Assembly: GCA_965644295.1 (NCBI GenBank)
Contig: CBFFRP010000267.1
Coordinates: 16,338-80,337 of the forward strand
Length of the DNA stretch: 64,000 nt
DNA from: Paraphysomonas bandaiensis
Taxonomy: Eukaryota; Protista; Chrysophyceae
Direction of reading: 5' to 3'
Below the pieces are notes generated by a model. It was given only the letters and a program-made list of their open reading frames with translations, did no database searches and was not told the DNA's origin. Below are positions 61,401-64,000 of this stretch, one piece after another. Position 1 is the first letter of the stretch; each line of letters opens with the position of its first letter. The translations under genes were made by a program, and so were the position numbers.

Positions 61401-62586
61401 ACTCCAATACCAACCGCCATTTATTACCTGGCTTCGGCACCACAAAGGGATGACTGTAATGCGTGGCTGTGCTAGGTTGGATTGCTCCTAACCTCTCTAG
61501 CTTATCCACCAAACGTTGGAGCTCGCGCTGGCGACTCCTGTCTAACCTCCTGGGAGGCAACTTATTTGCCGGTATAAACCACGTTTCAGACGGGTTCCGG
61601 ACTTCCAACTCAAACGGCTCCAGCTTGGCTGGTTCCCCCTTACGAATTTCTAGTCGGAATATCTCCTTGTATTCCTCCAGGACATCCCGGATACGACTCT
61701 GTAAACTCGGGGAACCAAATATCTTATCTGGAAGCACTTGCGGATCCTTTTCCGCACTTAAATAATCAGAATCAATAGATTCCAATTGATCATCGCGAAT
61801 TTCCTTCATATTCTCTCGGTCCCATGCGGACCTGGTTGAGAAGTTAGAAGGGTCCTCGACCCCCAGAGAGAGCAACTGCTCGTCCACTGGGTATGACCAA
61901 TCTTCGCCACTGTCACTGATACCTATCTCGAGTGGAGCTAACTCGCTCTTCACCCCAAGATCATAATTCTTGCGTAGCGGTAGACGAACGCTGGCTCGTT
62001 CCCCCCCACAAGGGTAAGACGCGTGCACGCCCAGGCCAAGAGACACTGCTCCCCCAGACTGATCATCTCTCTCTCTCGCATGAGGGACTGCGCTGTTTCC
62101 CACTACGTTGGCTACCCGCCGAGCACTGTCTGCACTCATAAAAGCATTAGGGCAATGTACCACTAAATCTGGATTCTCATGGATAGGAGCTTCATCCACT
62201 GCAGAAACAATTCCTACACTTGGAAGCATTCGTCTCCACAAGGAATCAAGTATGGGAGGAAAATCATAGAGAAGAAGCGCAAGAGCACGGAGGAGCTGAA
62301 TCATATTGAAAAGCCTCGAAAGAAAGAGAGTATCTACAAAAGACGAAGTGCACTAATTGCTCTAAAGAAGGTATAACACACAATTATAATACAGAACAAT
62401 GTAGGTAGAAAAAGGGGGAAACGAAGGGACAAAGGCCGGGCAGTAAGGAATATACAGGATGCAGAGTATGCAAATCCAAAAACCATCGCGCGAACGAATG
62501 TCCCCTAAATTCGACTGGAAAGACCAAGAAACCCCAGAAATCTGCGGAAGGTTTTCACGTTCGAGAATATCCGCAGAGGAGGAACC
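58497..62586 (-). mobile_element. Ty3/Gypsy chromovirus-type element, defective (no Gag, protease or matching 5' LTR)
   Basis: Pol ORF. PPT AAAAAAAGGAGGGAAGGGTAG (58599-58620, minus strand) is followed by TGTGGC... at 58598, a candidate short or truncated 3' LTR (58497-58598). Confidence 0.88.
58789..62304 (-). CDS. Gypsy Pol: RT - RNase H - integrase - chromodomain (1171-aa uninterrupted ORF)
   Basis: RT DLTSGYHQ, LPMGLKGAP, YLDD; RNase H TDASIIG, TDHDNL, ADALSR; integrase HNSVVGHHG...CVCC, MDY, SDKG, ENGMVER, GPM; chromodomain EFVMEKIT...FEVFWSNYSVPTWE. Confidence 0.93.
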   Translation of the reverse strand: MIQLLRALALLLYDFPPILDSLWRRMLPSVGIVSAVDEAPIHENPDLVVHCPNAFMSADSARRVANVVGNSAVPHARERDDQSGGAVSLGLGVHASYPCGGERASVRLPLRKNYDLGVKSELAPLEIGISDSGEDWSYPVDEQLLSLGVEDPSNFSTRSAWDRENMKEIRDDQLESIDSDYLSAEKDPQVLPDKIFGSPSLQSRIRDVLEEYKEIFRLEIRKGEPAKLEPFELEVRNPSETWFIPANKLPPRRLDRSRQRELQRLVDKLERLGAIQPSTATHYSHPFVVPKPGNKWRLVLEYKNLNRVTTSESWPIPNIRDMIYRIGEKRPKFFVVMDLTSGYHQAPVGKRSRTWIAFITQNGVYEWLRLPMGLKGAPSYFQRQMQSLVLAGLVYKICEIYLDDCIIFASSEEELIENLTAVLARFKKFGLTVNPKKCVFGVSEVEAVGHKINEWGHTFTRERVDSIVAIPKPNTQKQLKHFMGVANFVRDCVRDYALIAKPLHAMLGNYTKAQARRRVLDWSEEATGAFDALKERIHECPLLFFMDDVSPIYLYTDASIIGIGAHLVQIVEGHERTIGMISKAFDSTLAKWHTCEQEGFAIFYALNKWEYLLRDRRFIVRTDHDNLRQLKQEYGHLKRVQRWFMCFQSFDVTFEHLAGELNVIADALSRICGVDASDEIGENVCSSLEQCLEVEQDTECEHIPSRFWKVIKTCHNSVVGHHGVERTMGKLRGSNNNWRNMRQHVITFIKRCVCCQKMSTLKPSVWVRPFTLSKYSMGECIYMDYIEGLMPDEYGFTSILVLIDAFARWVELFPTKGISAKDTARALIQYFGRFSMCSICKLTSDKGKAFIADIIREITALLGVNHSFTIEYSKEENGMVERENKEILRHLRNIIFERVALKWWSDVLPMVQRILNASVHGSTGVAPAELVYGKSINLDAGFILDRKNLSSRESRDLSQWVADRLVAQDKVRAYAQQNLRIRDQHHIESNMPEGISSYPVGALVLVEYRHNSLRKGPPSKLLPYLKGPMKVVAIDGGIYTVQSLLTRGTTKHHISRLRPFCYDPRVEDPVQIALRDDTEGAEFVMEKITNMRGDVKGSRFDLYFEVFWSNYSVPTWESWKTVRGSEALLRYLRSHSNYLVRALLPKRGKKRSRSVDSTEEDAQSEEEGSSS

Positions 62587-62859
62587 GAGTATGCGCACTT
62601 GCCAGCGTATTCATCAATACAATGTGTTCGTCAATCGCAGTGATAGAAAAAGATCGGAAGTGTGCGACCATACATATAGATTAATGTGTTAGCAATATGT
62701 TCACAGAATCCTTTAGATATCTCTTTTGAAAAGTAGTTATAAAACTATTATCACGCGCTTCTGAACAAATTTTAAAGCACCTCTTTATCAGCAAATAAGA
62801 TTTATAGCTAGTCTTAGCGCTTAATGAAAGATATACTTCGTATTAATTAGTATTTAGAA

Positions 62860-63270
62860 GGTATAGATTAGTAGTGAAAGTCTTATTATTCGCAATAGGC
62901 GTTTGAGTCAGTGCTTAACTCTGATATCCTACTATTCAACGCTACGAAAGCTGCTTGTGCATATTACCAACAAGGTGCAACAACTTTCGCTCAATCACTC
63001 AAAGCAAATGTAGTGAGGAAGCAGAATGTTGATATACCTGACACCTGCTGACATCAGGATTTTTGAGTCCTTGGGGTGAAGAGCCCGGATGCCTGTTTAT
63101 TCGTCAAGGCCCAAAGACGTCTACACAAGCATTTGGCTATAAGCTAGAAGTGGGCACAACAGTATCTCCTGACTATATTATATGAAGCCCACGTTAGTTT
63201 CCTGGAAAAATATCTCCGGTTTTTATCCCCCAGAACACCATGAAAAGGTGCAAATCCGACTTTGTTGAGG
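62860..63270 (-). mobile_element. Degenerate repeat family A, copy 4
   Basis: Shares blocks with copies 1, 2 and 3 and so links them into one family. Confidence 0.8.
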
Positions 63271-63508
63271 AAGTTGAGATAGAGCTAACTGCTTCTCATA
63301 TTTTATTTTCATCCACTGCAATTGTGTTGTCACTACTACAACCAATGTTTTACGATGTTAGATAGACAAGCCCATACACAGATACACAGTCGATACGTTT
63401 TGCTGTGTCAATCTAATTTATATTTTATATTATTTCATCCCTTATCATGATGTATGTGTTCTGTTCGGTGGACCACTTCTGCCTTAACACCAAGTACCCT
63501 GTTGAATC

Positions 63509-63913
63509 GGAGCTTCATCCACTACTAGAAACAATTCCTACACTTGGAAGCATTCGTCTCCACAAGGAATCAAGTATGGGAGGAAAATCATAGAGAAGAA
63601 GCGCAAGAGCACGGAGGAGCTGAATCATATTGAAAAGCCTCGAAAGAAAGAGAGTATCTACAAAAGACGAAGTGCACTAATTGCTCTAAGAAAGGTATAA
63701 CACACAATTATAATACAGAACAATGTAGGTAGAAAAAGGGAAACGAAGGGGACAAAGACCGGGCAGTAAGGAACCCTTCGGGATGCTTGGAAGTATGCAA
63801 ATCCAAAAAACCATCGCGCGAACGAATGTCCCCTAAATTCGACTGGAAAGACCAAGAAACCCCAGAAATCTGGGAAGGTTTTCACGTTCGAGAATATCCG
63901 CAGAGGAGGAACC
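63509..63913 (-). repeat. Second copy of the ~400-bp Gypsy leader/LTR-like segment (first copy 62186-62586)
   Basis: Direct repeat, largely identical, with a few clustered substitutions and indels. Confidence 0.92.
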
Positions 63914-64000
63914 AAAGAGTCTGAGCTCGGGAGTCCGAAGCGAATATGCTTTATGACTGCGGTGTTGATATATATGATAAAAGTGACACATGTTGTATGA

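Noticed and set aside
62170-62200. Gypsy pol copy derived from a spliced mRNA
   Set aside because: In the second leader copy the bases after the junction are GA, not GT, so the breakpoint is not a splice donor.
1-64000. CRISPR arrays, rRNA, tRNA genes, telomeric repeats, non-canonical introns
   Set aside because: None seen by eye; all introns traced were GT-AG.

Overview
Eukaryotic nuclear DNA with compact genes and very short GT-AG introns (mostly about 39-60 nt). The gene style suggests a flagellated protist, probably a chrysophyte-like stramenopile (inference only). About 17 host protein genes are present, many in head-to-head pairs: an edge-truncated hypothetical protein, an RCC1-repeat protein, neurochondrin-like, RPS27, a giant HUWE1/Tom1-type HECT E3 ligase, a KICS2 (C12orf66)-like KICSTOR subunit, two sulfotransferase-family proteins flanking a CAT/APC amino-acid transporter, two CAMK-group kinases, CEP57-like, a TOM1-like VHS-GAT protein, an HxxxD acyltransferase, a small membrane protein, a TBC+rhodanese protein and SGF11. 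Mobile DNA comprises a very recent Ty1/Copia insertion (apparently identical 319-bp LTRs, AAATT target-site duplication, tRNA-iMet-type PBS), a Gag/protease-less chromodomain Ty3/Gypsy pol with a duplicated 400-bp leader, a 1064-bp hAT-derived element nested in a four-copy degenerate repeat family, and further hAT and MULE relics. Long (TATG/CATA)n arrays sit upstream of gene starts. No rRNA, tRNA or CRISPR array was seen. No single novel multi-gene system can be claimed. The best leads are the promoter-linked arrays, an unassigned domain in the Copia polyprotein, the anomalous 5' ends of both LTR elements, the KICS2 homolog, and the TBC-rhodanese protein with intact catalytic fingers.
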